From Candidatus Dormiibacterota bacterium (lineage in GTDB: Bacteria > Chloroflexota > Dormibacteria > Aeolococcales > Aeolococcaceae), in contig PMOL01000017.1 in NCBI GenBank assembly GCA_003162415.1, positions 34,532 through 98,531 on the forward strand: 64,000 bases of DNA, written 5' to 3'. Position numbers and translations under genes: made by a program. Under the pieces are notes generated by a model. It did no database searches, had not been told where the DNA came from, and saw nothing but the letters and a program-made list of their open reading frames with translations. Shown piece by piece: positions 62,230-64,000 of this stretch. The first letter of the stretch is position 1. Each line of letters begins with the position of its first letter.

Positions 62230-63867
62230 GTGGTCGGCATCGCTGCCGGGGCAGTCCTCACCCACGTCCTGCCACGACCGACCGGCTTCGGCGCCGCGGC
62301 GCTGTCCTTCGCGACGGTAAGCCTGGTGATGCTCGTGACCATCGTTGCGCTCGAACGCGCAGGTCGACGGCTGCTTCCCCTGGCCGCGCTCCTCAACCTG
62401 TCACTGCTCTTCCCCGACAACGCGCCGAAACGCTTTGCTGTCGCACGCCGCGTTGGCAAGCCACGCGACCTGCAGCGGCAGCTCCAGGAAGCCCGCGACA
62501 AGGGGGTCACCGGTGGCGAGGTGGCACACATGCAGATGGTGCTCGAGCTCGTCGCAGCCCTCAGCGTTCACGACCGCCAGACCCGGGGGCACTCAGAGCG
62601 TGTTCGGGTGTTCTCAGACCTCATCGCCGACGAGATGAAGCTGGCCCCCGCTGATCAGGCCCGCCTGCGTTGGGCCTCGCTGCTCCACGACATTGGCAAG
62701 CTGGTGGTCCCGTCCGAGATCCTCTCCAAGCCGGCGAAGCTCACCAGCGCGGAGATGGACAACGTTCGGCGGCACCCTGATGAAGGCGCCCGGATCATTG
62801 GTCCGCTTGCCGCGTGGCTGGGCGAGTGGGCGGACGCCGTCCCTCATCACCATGAGCGCTTCGACGGTCGTGGCTACCCACGCGGACTTGCCGGCGATCA
62901 GATCTCGCTCGCTGGGCGCATCGTAGCGGTGGCCGACTCCTATGAGGTGATGACCGCGGTGCGGCCCTATCGCAAGCCGATCGGGGTGACCGCGGCCCGC
63001 GAGGAGCTGGTCAAGTGCTCGGGGGCGCAGTTCGACCCGGTTGTCGTCCGGGCATTCCTCAACATCTCGGTTGGACGCCTCTGGCGCGTGGTCGGGATTG
63101 GCTCATGGATTGCGCAGCTGCCGGTGATCGGCTGGGTCGATCGGCTCGGATGGAACTGGGGAGCGGCGATCATGTCCGGGACGACCGCCATCGGCCTGAC
63201 CGTTCCCCACATGGTGCCCAGACCAGCACCGCTCGCGACCTCAACCTCAGGCATATCAGTTGTCTCAACCGGCGCAATCCCTGGACAACCCGGTGGCAAT
63301 GAGCCGGGCGCCGGCGGATCGGGCTCGACGACCGGCGGATCAGGGCAGTCGACTTCGAACGCCCCGGCACCCGCCTCCGGCGGCGCAAGCGCGCCGACGG
63401 GTGAACCCGGTGGCGGGTCGAGTGCGACGCCGGCTCCGGGCGGTCCGTCGCCGTCCACTCCACCGGTCGCGACTCCGACACCCGTCCCCGGACCGACTCC
63501 GTCACCGGTGCCGACGCCATCGTCAGCGCCGACCCCCACACCGAACCCGACACCATCGCCGACACCGACGCCCCCACCCGACCAACCCCCGGTCGTTACC
63601 GTGAACCCGATCGGCATTGTGCTGCTTGGGAGTGTCACCAACGGCTCGGGCAGCTTCACGGATGCCGATCTCGCTGGCGACACGTTCACGGCGACTGTCA
63701 ATTACGGTGATGGCAGCCCGACGACGGCACTGACGCTGACTGGCGCGACGTTCAACCTGAACCACCGATATTCGTCGCTTCTCGGCTCGTTCACGATCAC
63801 GGTGACAGTGACCGACAGCGAGGGTATGTTCGGCATTGGCACCACCACCGTCACGGTGATCCTCTAG
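62230..63867 (+). CDS. membrane HD-GYP phosphodiesterase-domain protein with PT-rich linker and C-terminal PKD-like domain
   Basis: HSERV..LLHDIGK..HHERFDGRGYP (HD-GYP), later TM segments, about 110 aa of P/T/S/G linker, then VNYGDGSP..NHRYSSLLGSFTITVTVTD (PKD-like). The start is uncertain; see findings. Confidence 0.75.
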   Translation: MVGIAAGAVLTHVLPRPTGFGAAALSFATVSLVMLVTIVALERAGRRLLPLAALLNLSLLFPDNAPKRFAVARRVGKPRDLQRQLQEARDKGVTGGEVAHMQMVLELVAALSVHDRQTRGHSERVRVFSDLIADEMKLAPADQARLRWASLLHDIGKLVVPSEILSKPAKLTSAEMDNVRRHPDEGARIIGPLAAWLGEWADAVPHHHERFDGRGYPRGLAGDQISLAGRIVAVADSYEVMTAVRPYRKPIGVTAAREELVKCSGAQFDPVVVRAFLNISVGRLWRVVGIGSWIAQLPVIGWVDRLGWNWGAAIMSGTTAIGLTVPHMVPRPAPLATSTSGISVVSTGAIPGQPGGNEPGAGGSGSTTGGSGQSTSNAPAPASGGASAPTGEPGGGSSATPAPGGPSPSTPPVATPTPVPGPTPSPVPTPSSAPTPTPNPTPSPTPTPPPDQPPVVTVNPIGIVLLGSVTNGSGSFTDADLAGDTFTATVNYGDGSPTTALTLTGATFNLNHRYSSLLGSFTITVTVTDSEGMFGIGTTTVTVIL

Positions 63868-64000
63868 CGGCGTTGCCGGGGACAATTTCCCCGCGAACCG
63901 TGCGGAGACGGGCCCCAGAGTCTCTCGCACGTCGCGGTATAATTCGCGCCGAGCCCAGGCCAATTGCGATCGCTCCGCGGCACCTTTGCACGATTCGAGG

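Noticed and set aside
63290-63600. Repetitive CCG/ACC/CCC-rich DNA as a tandem repeat or CRISPR-like array
   Set aside because: It is in frame within the HD-GYP/PKD ORF and encodes a P/T/S/G linker. There are no regular repeat-spacer units.
63523-63963. 146-aa minus-strand ORF at the right edge
   Set aside because: It is antisense to the PKD-like domain, Arg-rich, and has no motifs. I leave the final 133 nt (63868-64000) uncalled.
1-64000. CRISPR arrays, rRNA genes, IS elements or prophage genes anywhere in the window
   Set aside because: None was seen on reading both strands. The only RNA genes I could fold are the two tRNAs. A covariance-model scan would be needed to exclude small ncRNAs.

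Overview
Visibly GC-rich, densely coding bacterial chromosomal segment with terrabacterial/actinobacterium-like gene content. I saw no rRNA, CRISPR array, transposase or integrase. Many long ORFs in the track are Arg/Pro-rich shadow frames of real genes, and I ignored them.

Gene order, left to right:
- rdgB-rph, tatA-tatC, and a hemA-hemC-hemD-hemB-(cyclophilin)-hemL operon.
- A DEDDh exonuclease, then four tandem small membrane proteins with polyproline tails.
- A four-gene overlapping chain: alpha/beta hydrolase, GNAT, murI, polyprenyl synthase.
- An ECF sigma factor with a membrane Rieske-domain partner, then a Tat-signal mini-protein, a signal-less DUF4331 protein and a small hypothetical protein.
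- Amine/polyamine catabolic locus 1: class-III aminotransferase, ALDH, APC permease, DAO-type FAD oxidase, a MerR+XRE+cupin regulator, and a second aminotransferase.
- A second ECF sigma factor whose anti-sigma candidate has an internally duplicated two-Cys ectodomain.
- A patch bracketed by tRNA-Leu(UAA) and tRNA-Cys(GCA) that holds gene remnants.
- rarA and an NfeD/SPFH pair.
- A tightly coupled DUF1800-DUF1501-anchored protein-ApbE-ferric-reductase-like operon. This is my top candidate for an undescribed extracytoplasmic redox system.
- SCP2, DUF971, crotonase, a frameshifted FAD-linked oxidase and a ThDP enzyme.
- Gamma-glutamyl amine locus 2: RpiR, permease, C26 amidohydrolase, GS-like ligase, ALDH, SDR.
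- A type III PKS-ICMT-FAD reductase cluster next to a DedA+RDD+ArsR fusion.
- PiT with its DUF47 partner, and an HD-GYP protein with an extracellular PKD-like domain.

All calls come from reading the translations and the sequence. No database search was run.
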